This document shows positions 12,803 through 26,098 of a DNA stretch of 64,000 nt, piece by piece. The stretch's first letter is position 1. Each line of letters starts with the position of its first letter. The stretch is from the human T2T-CHM13v2.0 reference genome, Homo sapiens, in NCBI RefSeq assembly GCF_009914755.1, contig NC_060928.1. One strand, 5' to 3'. Made by a program: the position numbers and the translations under genes. The notes under the pieces were generated by a model. The model saw only the letters and a list, made by a program, of their open reading frames with translations, was not told the DNA's origin and ran no database searches.

Positions 12803-14283
12803 TAGGCATCCAACAGACATGTCTCCTCCCTGCTGCCAGAACTATCCTCTTTTTTTTTTAACCTTTTCTCCACCTTCTTTCTGTTCTCCATCTGTCCTCT
12901 TCTCTTGCACCTGCTTCTTCCATCCATCCTCTCCACAGTCCTGGGAGCTTGTGGCTCCTCTGCAGGGGCCCTAGAAGTGGTGCGTGCCTTTGCTACTCTC
13001 TCTGCCAGTCCCACTGCAGCAGGAAGCATCCGACACATTTTTGTCTCACGCAGATAATGTACAAGTTACCCATGACTTCTCTTTTACTTTGGTAGAGGGA
13101 AGAAAAGAACCAGGCTTTATTCTGCAGAATAAAACAACACAGATGCTGGTGAATGCACTGTCAGCCCATGCCTGCCAGCTGGGACCAACAATAGGAGAGG
13201 AGGCACTGGCTGCATCGCTAACAGATTTCCAAGAACGCTATGGGCAGCCAAAAAAGCCATTTGGGCTTGTTTCTTTTTCCTCTGTTGCCTTTCTGAGAGA
13301 TAAAGAGGCTGATGGATCATAAATGGAGATATGAATTTGATAACATTTGGAAAGAGGTTAATGGAAACCAACGTACAAACTACAGAATAGGAGAACACGG
13401 CAGATTTCTAAATGCCAATAGCATTTAGAAGCTGCTCTTAAAGAAAATTTGAAGGTGAGCAGGCGGTGGGCAGAGGATCTGAAGCAGCTGCAAGGGCCTC
13501 ACATGAGTTTGGAAATGTCTTCCTAATGTGATGGATCCTGGCATCATTCCACGCAGACGCCAGGTAGGTGTCCCTGTCCACAGCTCTCTGAGCTCCTGGG
13601 ATAATTTCAAAACAGCAGAGAGTGAGGGCATGTGCATCATTTGAGCACATCATAGAGGGCACCACTGATTCGCTGCACTGGAAGTTTGTTTGCTCTATGT
13701 GAAATCTCTTATGTCTGGCCTAGAAGCCTGCATCAAGGAACTGGGAAACACCACCGGCTCCCTCTGTGAGTGGCAACCATGAAATCCACCCTCCAGTGGC
13801 CTCTTGTGGACTGTGGACTAACTTCCTTCAGGGGTCCCAGGAAGTCCTAGGGAAGTGGAAACTCCCTTCCATATCCCACTTCAAGACTCAGCCATTGTGC
13901 AGAAGAGGCCAATAGCAAGACCCCAATTTAGTTCCATGCCTGAGGAGTTCAGCCTAAAATCCTGAAGTTGCACAGGGTTTTACTGTCTTATTCCATTCTC
14001 TCAACAATGCTGTTTCATTCGCGAGGACAATGGCACTTGGAGAGATTGAGTGACTTCCTCAGGTCTCACCAATTGTAAGGAGCAGGGTAGGTCCTGAATT
14101 CTGGCCTCTTCTGGATCCACAGGGTTCTGGTGCATGGTTATCCTGGTTCTGATTTTTCTCAAATCAGAGAAGACAAGGGGACAAAGACATTTAATCCCAC
14201 GGAACCTCATGTCAGTCTCACTAAGTAACCAGGGCTTCAGAGGATGCCACTAGTCCTTGCTTGCAAGTAGTCAGGCATTATGC

Positions 14284-14775
14284 TGCTGCCTGCTAGACTG
14301 TGTTGGCCACTAGCCACACTTGGCTACTGAGCCCTTGAAATGTGGCCAGTCTAAACTGAGATGTGTGTGTGAACTTCAAAGGCTTTAAAAAAGAAGGTAA
14401 GGCTGGGTGCAGTGGCTCACACCTGTAATCCCAACAATTTAGGAAGCCAAGGAGGGAGGATTGCTTGAGCCCAGACATTTAAGACCAGGCTGGGCAACAT
14501 AGTAGGACCCTGTCTTTACATTAAAAAAAAAAAAGAAAAGAAAGGAAAAAAGGAGGTAGATACCTCATTAATAATTTTGTATTGACTATATGTTGAAATA
14601 ATATTTTTGATATGTTGGGTGAAATACTTACATTTAAAAACTATAATTTATATTTATAATAATGTAAAATATAATAAAAATTTATTTTACCTACCTTCTT
14701 AATTTTAACAATTGTGCCTACTAGAAAATATAAAATACCCATGTGGTTTGCATTACATTTCTATTGGATTACTCT
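14284..14775 (-). mobile_element. MER33 (hAT-Charlie), split by a FLAM
   Basis: GGCCACTAGCCACACTTGGCTACTGAGCCCTTGAAATGTGGCCAG ... CTACTAGAAAAT...ATGTGGTTTGCATTACATTTCTATTGGA. Confidence 0.75.
14401..14545 (+). mobile_element. FLAM_C-type Alu monomer
   Basis: Left-monomer sequence ends directly in an A tail; TSD AAAAAAG(A/G)AGGTA on both sides. Confidence 0.85.
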
Positions 14776-15013
14776 AGATTCATCTGCATCCCTAAATGTC
14801 TTTAGTCTATTTTTAGCTTCTGCTTCTTCACTCTATATCACTGTTACTGGTAGCGAGCGACTGGGTAGGTCATCTGCTTTAGACTTTGAAATTTAAGAGG
14901 CAGTTCACAGAATGACGGCTATTTCACACTCAGGTGAGCATGGTCATAATTGGGTGCTCATAGGGGACTTGGCGGTTTAATGTCAATGAAGAAGCCTCCT
15001 AGGGGTGATGCCT

Positions 15014-15147
15014 CATTCATTCAACAAATATTTATGTTAACAGCTTCTTTATGATGGATGATTATGCTAGGTTCTGGGACTATGTCTGGGAGCAAGAAAT
15101 AGTCACAGGCATTGGGGAGCTTATCATCTGGCAGGGGCAGTAGACAT
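15014..15147 (-). mobile_element. L2 3' end
   Basis: TCATTCATTCAACAAATATTTATG...GCTAGGTTCTGGG...GGAGCTTATCATCT canonical antisense L2 end. Confidence 0.7.
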
Positions 15148-16014
15148 TGTGATGGTTAATTTTGTGTGTCCACTTGACTGGCTACAGGGTGCCTAGGCAT
15201 TTGGTCAAACATTTTTCTGGGTGTGTCTGTGAGGGTGATTTTGGATGAGATTAAAATTTGAATTGATAGACTGAGCAAAGCAGACTCTCCTCCCTAAACG
15301 TGTGTGGTGCTTGTCCAATTGGTTGAAGGCCTGAAGACAACAAAAAAACTGACTAAGAGGGAACTTCCTTGGCCTGACTGCTTGAGTTGCAACATCAATC
15401 TTCTACCCTTGGGCTGTGACTTACACCATTGGCTCTCCTGGTTCTCAGGCCTTTGGATTCAGACTGGAATCACTCCAGCAGCTCTCCTAGGTCTTTAGCA
15501 TGGCAACTGCAAATCTTGAGATTTCTCAGCCTCTATAGTTATTGATATGATTTGGCTCTGTGTCCCCATCCAAATCTCATCTCAAATCATAATCCCCACA
15601 TGTCAAGGGAGGGATGTGATTAGACATGGGGGCGGTTCCCCCATGCTGCTCTTGTGATAGTGAGTGAGTTCTCATGAGATCTGATGGTTTTATAAGTGTC
15701 TGGCATTTCCCCTGCTGAAACTTCTCTCTTCTGCCGCCATGTGAAGAAGGTCCTTGCTTCCCCTTCCACCATGATTGTAAGATTCCTAAGGCCTCCCAGC
15801 CGCGTGGAACTGTGAGTCAATTAAACCTCTTTCCTTTATAAATTACCCAGTCTCAGGTATTTCCTTATCGTGGTATGAGAACGGATTAATACAGTTGTGT
15901 AAGCCAGCTCCTTATAATAAATCTCTCTCCCTCTCTCTGCCTCTCATCTATGTATGTATGTATCTGTCATCTATCTCCTATAAGTTGTTTCTTTTGAGAA
16001 CTCTGACTAACATA
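15148..16014 (+). mobile_element. ERVL solo LTR (MLT2B-like), split by THE1D
   Basis: TGTGATGGTTAATTTTGTGTGTCCACTTGACTGG start; AATAAATCTCTCTC...GAGAACTCTGACTAACATA end; exact 5-bp TSD GACAT (15143-15147, 16015-16019). Confidence 0.88.
15543..15893 (+). mobile_element. MaLR solo LTR, THE1D-like
   Basis: TGATATGATTTGGCTCTGTGTCCCC...GAACTGTGAGTCAATTAAACCTCTTT...GGATTAATACA; TSD GTTAT/GTTGT. Confidence 0.9.
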
Positions 16015-16599
16015 GACATTAAATAAACAATTTGTATACTGAATAATTATATAACTACTGCTTGGGGGTGTGGTTGTGTTGTGTGGTGAGGGGGTGTAGA
16101 AATGTCTAGGGGTTGATCAACCCTAACACCTTCCAGATGACCCTAGGTTCTGGCCTTTCCCCAAAGAGTCCTGGTCTACTCAGTCATCTCCCACAATTTG
16201 GCCATCTTCTTGGGTCCTCAGGACAATAAATGACCCAGCCAGATCTCTACCCTAAGTCTGACTTAGGATGGAAAAATGTCTCCTTATGCCTTTATCAGTC
16301 TTGACTTCAGGTCAGGGAGGCCAGAAAAATGAAATCTGCTCTATTTTGAAAGTTTCCTTCATTTCCTTTTTATGATTTAAATTTATTTTTATAAAGTGAA
16401 TTGATGAGAACAAACACCTTTAACACCTCTACCCCTCGGTATTCTACAGATTTCCTGTAGTTTTGACAGTGAAACAAAAAACGTCATAATTCTTCACATA
16501 CTTCAATACTATTCTTGCAGTTCTAGTCTTGCATTACTGGTGGAGAGTCTGGGGGTTGGAGATGGGGGTTACATTGTAAGGGAAAGCACATAGTTTGGA

Positions 16600-16822
16600 T
16601 GTGGTGAGAGTATAATGAGATTAGCGTGCATGTCCAGCTGTCTATCCACTGTCTATCTAACCATGGGTAAGTTATTCAAAGTTACCTCACTACAGCTTCC
16701 TTGTTTAGCCAGTGGGGCTCATACCACATACCTGGTGGGTTTCTGGAAGAATTAGAGATAAAGTATAGAAAGCACCTAGCACCACTCTGGCATATAATGG
16801 ATACCCAGTAAGTGGTCTCTAT
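16600..16822 (+). mobile_element. MIR
   Basis: ACCATGGGTAAGTTATTCAA...GAAGAATTAGAGATAAAGTATAGAAAGCACCTAGCAC...CTGGCATATAAT. Confidence 0.6.
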
Positions 16823-16900
16823 TGATATTTTTCCTTGTTCCTTGGCCCTAGACTGGTCAGGTTGTCAGAGGAACAGAATTTGACCACTTAATTAGAACAA

Positions 16901-17470
16901 TGTTTCAGTAATATATGACTGCATAACATACAATTCCAAACTTCGGATCGTAACATATTATTATGCACATAAATCCTATGGGTCAGAAATTTGGGCAGTG
17001 CATGCAGGGGTGACTGTCTGTGCTCCACCATGTCTGGGTTCTCAGTAGGAAGGCTTGAATGGTTGAGGCCTGGAATCATCTAGAGGCTTCTTCACATACA
17101 TCTAGCTGGGATGACTCAAAGGCTGGGATCAGTTGGGACCACTGAACAAAGCACCTGTACCCAGCCTCACCACATGGCTTGGGAATCTTACAACAGTGCA
17201 ACTGAGCTGTGAGAGGGGGAGTCTTGAAAAGGGGTGTCTGAAAGTGAGCATTCTAAAGGAGCAAGGCAGAGGTTGCAAGGTTTCTTTGATCTTGCCTTGG
17301 AAGCCACACAGTGTCATGTATTCTGCTTCTCTTGTGACAGGTGAATTACCAAAGTTAGCGTAGATTCAAGCTGAGAGCAACTAGATTCTAGCAGCAAGGC
17401 CACGTTGCAGAAGAGCATGTAGGATGGAAGATATTATTAAGGGCATCTTTGAAAAATGGCATCAGCTACA
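16901..17470 (-). mobile_element. MaLR solo LTR (MLT1G/H-like)
   Basis: GGGTCAGAAATTTGGGCAG...CTCCACCATGTCTGGG...CTGGAATCATCTAGAGGCTTCTTCAC...TTGCAGAAGAGCATGTAGGATGG...GCTACA; TSD AACAA/AAGAA. Confidence 0.78.
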
Positions 17471-17532
17471 AAGAACAACCTACATTAGACTCCTTTAGAC
17501 TTGTTTGTTGGGCTTCTCAAAAGGAAACAGTG

Positions 17533-17600
17533 GAGCCCAGGAGTTTGAGATCAGCCTGAGCAGCATAGTGAGACCCCCATCTCAATTATATATAAAAAAA
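17533..17600 (+). mobile_element. 5'-truncated Alu monomer (FLAM-like)
   Basis: GAGCCCAGGAGTTTGAGATCAGCCTGAGCAGCATAGTGAGACCCCCATCTC plus A-rich tail; TSD-like AAAGGAA(A)CAG flanks. Confidence 0.75.
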
Positions 17601-17779
17601 GGAACAGGGCACTGTGCAGTTCCCTTCTCAAAGGGAACAATCACATTGCTTATGTCAATGTATCTTCAGAGAACAAGTTTCAGCAACATTGTTGAAATTT
17701 GCCTGAGGTAACACTGTAAGTTGATAGTGAATTAGACCCTGAAATTTCAGATATTGACTATATTCAAAATTACAGTGTA

Positions 17780-17935
17780 TTTTTAAAAAAATAACAGCTT
17801 TATTGAGTTATAATTTGTATACCATGTAATTTTTTCATTTAAAGTGTACATTTCAGTGGTTTTAATATATTCACAGAGATGTGCAACCTTCATCACAAGC
17901 AATTTTAGAACATTGTCATTACCTCACCTAGAAAT
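17780..17935 (-). mobile_element. L1MB-type 3' end
   Basis: AACAGCTTTATTGAGTTATAATT...TTTAAAGTGTACATTTCAGTGGTTTT...TTCACAGAGATGTGCAACC...TTTTAGAACATT. Confidence 0.75.
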
Positions 17936-17944
17936 GAAATATCT

Positions 17945-18226
17945 AGTGTAACAAACAGCTGTGTTTCAGCCAATCACAAGCAACTAATAGGATTCAGCCA
18001 ATCTCAGCAGCCAACTCATCACACCATGTCCAAATAAGGCAGATGCCTACCTGTAGCCAATCAGGTGATTTCTCTGCTTTGCTTGCCTGTTCAGCCTTTA
18101 AAATCTCTCTGCCCACACTACTGGGCAGGGCTCTCTGAACCTCTTCTGGTTTGGAGTGCTGCCCAATTCGTGAATGGTTCTTTGCTCAAATAAACTGTTA
18201 ATTTGTCTAAAAGTTTTTTGCTAACA
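17945..18226 (+). mobile_element. ERV1 LTR 3' part, MER57 family
   Basis: Repeated AGCCAATC boxes, CCAAATAAGGCAGATGCC, CTCTGAACCTCTTCTGG, TTCTTTGCTCAAATAAACT, terminal TAACA. Confidence 0.75.
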
Positions 18227-18639
18227 GCAATACTGGAAGAATTGTACTCACTGCAAAAATGTCTAGCATATGTTTTGTTTAGCTTCTAAAAATAAGATTG
18301 ACATTTTATTTCAACTTATCAACAAATACAACTCCAAAACACAAATACCCTAATCATTTTCTAGTAGCTGTTCTCCAAGGACAGAGGTGAGCTTTTAATG
18401 AAACTGATTTAATTCTTCACAACATCCCTGGGGGTGGTATGGGAGAAGCCTTAAAAAAAGTCAGGTTTTATTGAAAACACTACCTGGAAAAATAGAATTG
18501 AGATACACTAATAGTCCTCTCAACACCAAAAAATCCTAGATGTGGGAGATCTTGCTTAGTCAACCCTAACTTGGAACAAGAGTTTGCATTTGATCACATC
18601 CAGTGATGACATATAATTTTATCCTTCTCCAAGCTCTTT

Positions 18640-18800
18640 TCAAGGATCATTGTATCTGATCCTCAAAACATTCCTGGAGGCCCACTTTACTGTGATATTA
18701 CAGATGAGGAAACAACCCAAAGGAGCTGACATATTTAAGACCCAAAGTGACTTTGACCCAAAGCCTGCCACCCACACCATTCCAGACCCCAAAGACTAGT
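18640..18800 (-). mobile_element. MIR fragment
   Basis: TGATCCTCAAAACATTCCTG...TTACAGATGAGGAAAC. Confidence 0.5.
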
Positions 18801-18949
18801 CTGCTTTTTATTTTCACACTTATTGGAGACTTTCTTTCATTTGCCCATGGTAGTGTTTCTCTTTCTAGAAGCTTCTTTATTGTTTTAAGATGAAAAAATT
18901 CATGACCAATTTCCAGAACCTCAAAACACAAAGCAACTGCTTATTTTCC

Positions 18950-19720
18950 TGAGCTGCTGCGTGAGTCAGTGATTCCCAGTGTTGCTGTGCCTGAAAACCC
19001 ACCACTAATGTCAGCGCCTTGTGCTGTTGAGTTGCACGCGGCGCCCCTGCAGTCCAGGGCTGGGGCTAGCCCGGCGAGCGCGCGGCAGGCAGAGCATTCC
19101 CGGACGAGTCCGGTAGATGGTAGCATTGTGCAGCCGATGCGTCCTCTCCCAGCTTGCGTCTCATTTTTCCCTCTCCCCCTTTCCTGGGCTCAGCGGTGAG
19201 GCTCAGGTACCGGCGCCGCCCTGATGCCTACTATGCCGCGCCATCTCCAGATGGTCCGCACCTGGCGGGTCACGACGAGTCTCAATCCACAGCATGGGGC
19301 TGACTCGGACTCAGGAGTTTTTGTGGCTCCAGGCGTAACCGTTGCTTTGGATAAAATTGGTCCAGTTCACTTGACCAAGGAGAAGTGCAGAGGAGGATAA
19401 ACGTCCCCATCCCAGTGGTGTCCTCTCCCGACTCCTTTCGTGTAGTGAGCTTTATTTTTAGAGACTCCCGCGCCTGCCAGCCGCTCATGCTCGGGTTCCC
19501 CAAGCGGAGGGGCTCCGCGTGCAGTGTGATGCCCACTGTCGCCGGCAGAGGGCACCGTCGTCACACACTGCGCAGGAGCCGGCGCGGGAAGGCGGCGGGG
19601 CTGTCCTTCCCGGTCAGCGTCCTACGCGTGACCTTGGGACCCGCAAATGTCTGCGCCGGAGGCATTGCCTCTTCCCGACTATGGGGGATACTGCACGGGG
19701 CTCCCGATGGCCTCTTCCAC
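18950..19720. promoter_or_regulatory. CpG island 1 (no associated ORF)
   Basis: About 770 bp of GC-rich unique sequence with dense CpG (GCGCGC, CGGCGCCG, CGCG) against a CpG-depleted background; AP-1 site TGAGTCA at 18962-18968. Confidence 0.85.
19542..19555 (+). promoter_or_regulatory. CTCF core motif
   Basis: CCGGCAGAGGGCAC fits CC(A/G)(C/G)(C/T)AG(A/G)(G/T)GGC(A/G)(C/G) at every position. Binding itself is not shown by sequence. Confidence 0.65.
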
Positions 19721-20675
19721 GCCTGGCCCTTCACTTCTTGAAGCTCACCCTTTTCTTATTTGATCTTTCTAGAACTGGCGCTCTCTCCCTTCAAATTCTG
19801 TCCCACCTTGGCTAGGTTCTGGTTCTGAGACTTCTGTCTCCCTGGCTGTTACTTTCCGTTTTTCAGGAATTTTCTTCCTTTGCCAATCCTTTAAACGTCC
19901 CTGATCCCAGGATTATTTGTTCTTCTAAGACTCACTCTGCGCACCCTCGCAAACCCACCGCCACCCTCTTCACTGCCTTGTCTTGACGACAACCACATTT
20001 TAATCTCCAGTCTAAGTTTATCTTTTGAGCTACAGACCCATTTCTTCATTTTGCCAGGCCAATAGGGACTGCTTGGAAATAATGCTTAGAAAGCAGCCAG
20101 TCTAAGAGCTGCTATTTCATTGAGGATGGTAGTCAAGGTTGTCTTCTGTCTAGAAATGCTTTGAATAACAAGTGCTTTGCTTTCAGCCAGCTGGTGTTTC
20201 TCTCTGAAGCCTTCTTCAAGGTAAAAAAAAAAAAAAAGAAAGTTTTTAGTGCTTACCTAGAGATGCAGTCACCAAACTTAACCTTCCCCCCCATTCCCCT
20301 CTTCTGCTGAGGAAACCATGCCAGGCCACAGGACCAAAACCTCCTTTGCTGGCTCCCTCTGTTTAGACCTGGACAGGATACCTACCTTAAGGCGACAAAA
20401 ATGCGTGGGAATGGGCCAATCAGAGTCTTTTGAGATTTTGGGACTGGAATGTTGAAAAGAATGGTCTGGTGAAAATATGGAGAGCTCTGTAGCTTCTCTG
20501 TAGCGAAGAATCTGTAGACAAAGGGGTGTGTAAAAGATGAGTTGCCTGAGGGAGCAGGCTGAGGTAGGAGGAGGACAGAGCAGACAGAGGTAGTGGAGAG
20601 GGCCAGAGTGCCCCAGAAAGCTCTGTTTCGTTCCTCAAGAAACTCAACAGTCTCTTAATTTTGGAAGGTTTTTCT

Positions 20676-20900
<225 letters not shown>

Positions 20901-21204
20901 TGAAGAAGCAGAGGACATGAAAAGGAAGGAAAGGGAAGACGGGCTGCTGACAGAATCAGCAAGGTTTAGCAGGCAGCTCCACTGGGCTGGCAGAGTTGGG
21001 AGGTTAGTGGCTGTTGTGGTGGTCGGGGAAGCAGAGAGGTTAAATTCCACATTCCCATGAACTTACCACTCCCCTTCCTGAAAATCCCCACATCCCACCT
21101 ATTGCTGGATCTTAGCAGGTTGGTCAGCCATGACTCCAAAAGTCAAATGCATTTGCAAGTGTCACTAGACTTGTGGAGTGGGATAATACCAAAAGACAAA
21201 CCCT

Positions 21205-21845
21205 GTCAAGTATTTATGGAATGCTTATTTTATAAGCATTTAAGGAAAGGGCTGAGGTGAGAAATAAAACTGAGTAAGATAAGATGCCTACCTTCAAGGA
21301 GATCCTCAGGGAACACAGGCACTTGAACATAGCACGGGCACTAACATAGAATTAAGTTCAAAATGCCACATGAATACATACAGGAGAAGGGAAAATTAAC
21401 TCCGCCTTTGATGAGGGTGGGAAGGAGCCAGGGAGAACTTCAAAAGGGGAGGTGACTTTTGAGCTGGACCTTGAAGGATGAGTAGGAGTTTGTCAGACAG
21501 AGAAGAGAGATTTGCATTCTAGGGAAAGAGAGCAAAGTGTCAAAAGAATACAAGTGCATGGTGTATAGGAAGACTTTTAGTACTGTGGAGTATCTTTGTT
21601 GTATGCATATGGGGTTGGGGTTGGGGTTGGGGGTGTCAGTGGCAGCAGATGACAGGGAAAAAGGAGGCAAGGGCCAGAATGTGAAGGACCTTGAATGTCA
21701 AGATTAGGAGCTTGGACTTGATCCTGAGGACACTGTGAAGCCACAGAAGCTTTTAATCAGGGAGTCTTATATTAGCTGCCTTTGGAAGGACAACCGCAGA
21801 CTGAATAGAGGATGCCTGGAAAGAGGAGAGAGCAGAGGAGGTCAG
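21205..21845 (-). mobile_element. L2 fragment
   Basis: GGAGGTGACTTTTGAGCTGGACCTTGAAGGATGAGTAGGAGTTTGTCAG...GTGAAGGACCTTGAATGTCAAG...GGAGCTTGGACTTGATCCTGAGG typical antisense L2. Confidence 0.8.
21611..21633 (+). repeat. (GGGGTT)n short repeat, G-quadruplex motif
   Basis: GGGGTTGGGGTTGGGGTTGGGGG: four G4 runs with TT loops. Confidence 0.85.
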
Positions 21846-22029
21846 TCACATCGCCTGAACTCAGCTGCAGCTGATAAACTTTCTAGCAATATCCTGGGGC
21901 TTAGAGAAGAACAGGCAGGCTGTACATTTTAACTGATTGAAGCATTGTCCTCAAGGAGGGCTGATGAATCCGTGCATGCTCACCATTAGCACGGAGGGTC
22001 ATGGTTCTACTACTGAGCCACAGGGTGCT

Positions 22030-22725
22030 GCATTCATTCATTAATTCATCCAGCAAACATTCATTAAATGTCTCCAAGGGCCCAGTTTAGTCTGTTCTCT
22101 TCAGCCTCAGGGATTGGTTCCACCATACCGAGGGTACCAAATCCACAAATGCTCAAGTCCCTTACATAAAATGGCATAGAACAGTTGGCCATTTGGTAGA
22201 TTCACCAACCAAGAATGGAAAATATGTACGTACAGCTGGCCTTCGGTGTCACTGGGTCTTTATCAGCAGCTGGTTGAATCCATGCATGCAAAACCGGTAG
22301 ATACAGAGGGCCAACTGTACAGCTTTGGTGCTAAGGATAACATGGGCAGGAAGTAGGCATGGCCCCTGCTATCATAGAGTCTGTTGTTGAGGGAGAGAGA
22401 CAGCTATTAATCAGATGATTTCATGACCTAGTGCATAAATTTCCCATTTGGAAGGAAAAGAATATAGTTCGGTGAAAGTGTATAACAAAGAACTCCCCCT
22501 GGCCTCAGCTTTGGCTAAGATGCAGAGCACTACTGGGAATTTACCAGGTGAGAGCAGGGGGTTGCAGGAGAAGGAGCAGAATGTGCAAAGGCCCCGTGGC
22601 CTGAAAGAACATGGTATGGTTGAGGAACTGGAAGACTGTGTGATAGGGCATCAAAAGAAGACTGAGATGAGCTAGTGAGAGAGACAGGAGCCAAGCCATT
22701 GGATCTTTTCCTGTCCAGGTCAAGC
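22030..22725 (-). mobile_element. L2 3' region, split by MER2
   Basis: CATTCATTCATTAATTCATCCAGCAAACATTCATTAAATG start; resumes GGTGCTAAGGATA...ATGGCCCCTGC...ATGTGCAAAGGCCCCGTGG. Confidence 0.7.
22088..22317. mobile_element. MER2/MER2B (TcMar-Tigger MITE)
   Basis: ACCAAATCCACAAATGCTCAAGTCCCTTACATAAAATGGCATAG and terminal GGTTGAATCCATGCATGCAAAACC..GATACAGAGGGCCAACTG followed by TA. Confidence 0.8.
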
Positions 22726-23029
22726 TTTAGATAAAGTATTTGTTTAGAAGAATAGGTCAGTTAAATCTGAATGATGCAAAGCTGAGAGGACAAGTGGAAC
22801 ATTTGAATTGCAGAATCAAGATTTAAGACAATCTTGCAGGTCTAAATTAAAAGTGATGGAATTAAACAAATGTAAAGTTCTACATTTATGTTAAAAGTTT
22901 TAATTGACTTGCAAAGCTTTGTGTATAAGGATGCTTATCACTGCATATTTATAGCAGTGAAAACATGGGAAAGAAGAAATATGCAACTGTAGGAAAATGA
23001 TTAAATATGCGATGTGTTAAAAAAAAATG

Positions 23030-23215
23030 AGAACATTAGCACTGAAGGTTACTTGGGTTCAAATGCTAGCTTCTTTTACTAGCCGTAGGTCATTGGACAA
23101 GTTACGTAAACTTTTTGTGCCTCAGTTTTCTTATCTAGCATATGGGGTTAATAATACTGCCTCACATAGTAGATACTAAATAACCGCTACATCAGTTTTA
23201 GCTATTGTCATTACC
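23030..23215 (+). mobile_element. MIR
   Basis: CTTGGGTTCAAATGCTAGC...TTGGACAAGTTACGTAAAC...GTGCCTCAGTTTTCTTATCT. Confidence 0.7.
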
Positions 23216-23400
23216 TAGTAGTATTATGTTTACAAATATGTTTAATGTCATTAGAAAATGCTTGATAGATAATATTAAGTGGGGAAAAACATATAGCATT
23301 ATGCAGTTTAATACCATTTTGTTGCAAATTGTGTGTATTTGTATTTTTGTGTTGCTTATGTCTTTTGCTTCAACTTGGGGTGTAAGAAATGATCACATGT

Positions 23401-23707
<307 letters not shown>

Positions 23708-25008
23708 TCACATGTCTCCACTGAACTGAGTCATTGATCTCCTCTTCCCAGCACCATGAGAACCATCCCCTGACCAGCTGTGACAGCGCAGACAGGAATG
23801 GCCCAAGGCTGGGTAGCCAACAGCTTTCACCAGTCTGCAGGATGGTAGCATGCATAGATTTATCAGCATTAACATGCTCGTTTCTCTTTCCCAGTGTTTT
23901 CCTTTCTGTGATACATTTAAGGTTCCACAGTCCCAGTTTATTCAGGCTAAAGGATCAGTGATACTCCCAAATCCCTTGTAGAGACAGCACTGGAAAATAT
24001 GATGGGTCCACCGTGGGCTGCATTTGCTGTTCCCTAACACCAGTGCCTGCTAAAAGCAGCTGTCCACACAGCCTTGAGCTATCACTGTCTGTGCTGTCAC
24101 AGCTGGTCAGGGGATAGTTCCTACGGAGCTGGGAAGAGACCTCTTCTCACTGTCTTATGCCAGCACGGCTCTGGGTTCTCAATGTTTCAGCCTCTTAGTT
24201 TGTCCTCATATATACGATTCTCAAACCATGCCCATGGGGCTGCAGTGGCTGCTGCGGTAGAAGGTTCCAGCCTTGGCAATGTGCTATACCTACAACACCT
24301 CCCCACTAACACCAACAATTTAGTAATCCAGGCTCCTGCAGAGGACCCACTGAGCTTATCAGAGATGTTTGGAAACGAGTGAACCTAAGGAGAAGTAGTT
24401 GGGAGTCTTGATTTGTTTTCTCCTAGGAGGCTTCTAGCCCCCCTCTCAAATGGGCTCAACTATTTAGTACTTCCCAGTGACATTTGGCCTTGGTATCCTG
24501 GGGAACAAATGGGGAGCTGAGAAAAAACATTGCCTGTGACTAACACTCCTGCCTTTGGTCGATGAGCGCCTCTGCCTTAAATTTGCAAAGCTAAAAGAAA
24601 CTGCCTGGGTGATTGTTTCCAGAACAAAAAAATGTGTCCCAGGATGACTTGTTAGACATGGAAGTGGCTGGCAACTTTTAACTTGCAGATTTTCTTGCTA
24701 AAAGTTTAAAATTCTGTCTCATTGGGGATACTGCTACATATTCATGAAAAAGAAATTGACTATTAAGAACTACACCACAATATTAGCCATGCCTACCTTT
24801 GAGTGGTGGGATTCCAATGGACTGTTTTATTTTTTATTTTGTTTTGTTGTTCAGATTTCTGACAACAAATATGTATTACTTTCACAATTAGAACTATAGA
24901 TCCTGCCAATAAGTTTACTTAGATCCGTCCTATTTGTTTCAAATGACAACCCCATCCCTGGCAGGCAGATTTGGCTCTCCCTTGGTACCAGTGAGAGGCC
25001 ACTGGGTC

Positions 25009-26098
<1,090 letters not shown>

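Noticed and set aside
18941-19815. Overlapping ORFs in CpG island 1 as a first coding exon
   Set aside because: Short, Arg/Ala/Pro/Gly-rich frames on both strands, many with non-ATG starts and no recognisable protein similarity.
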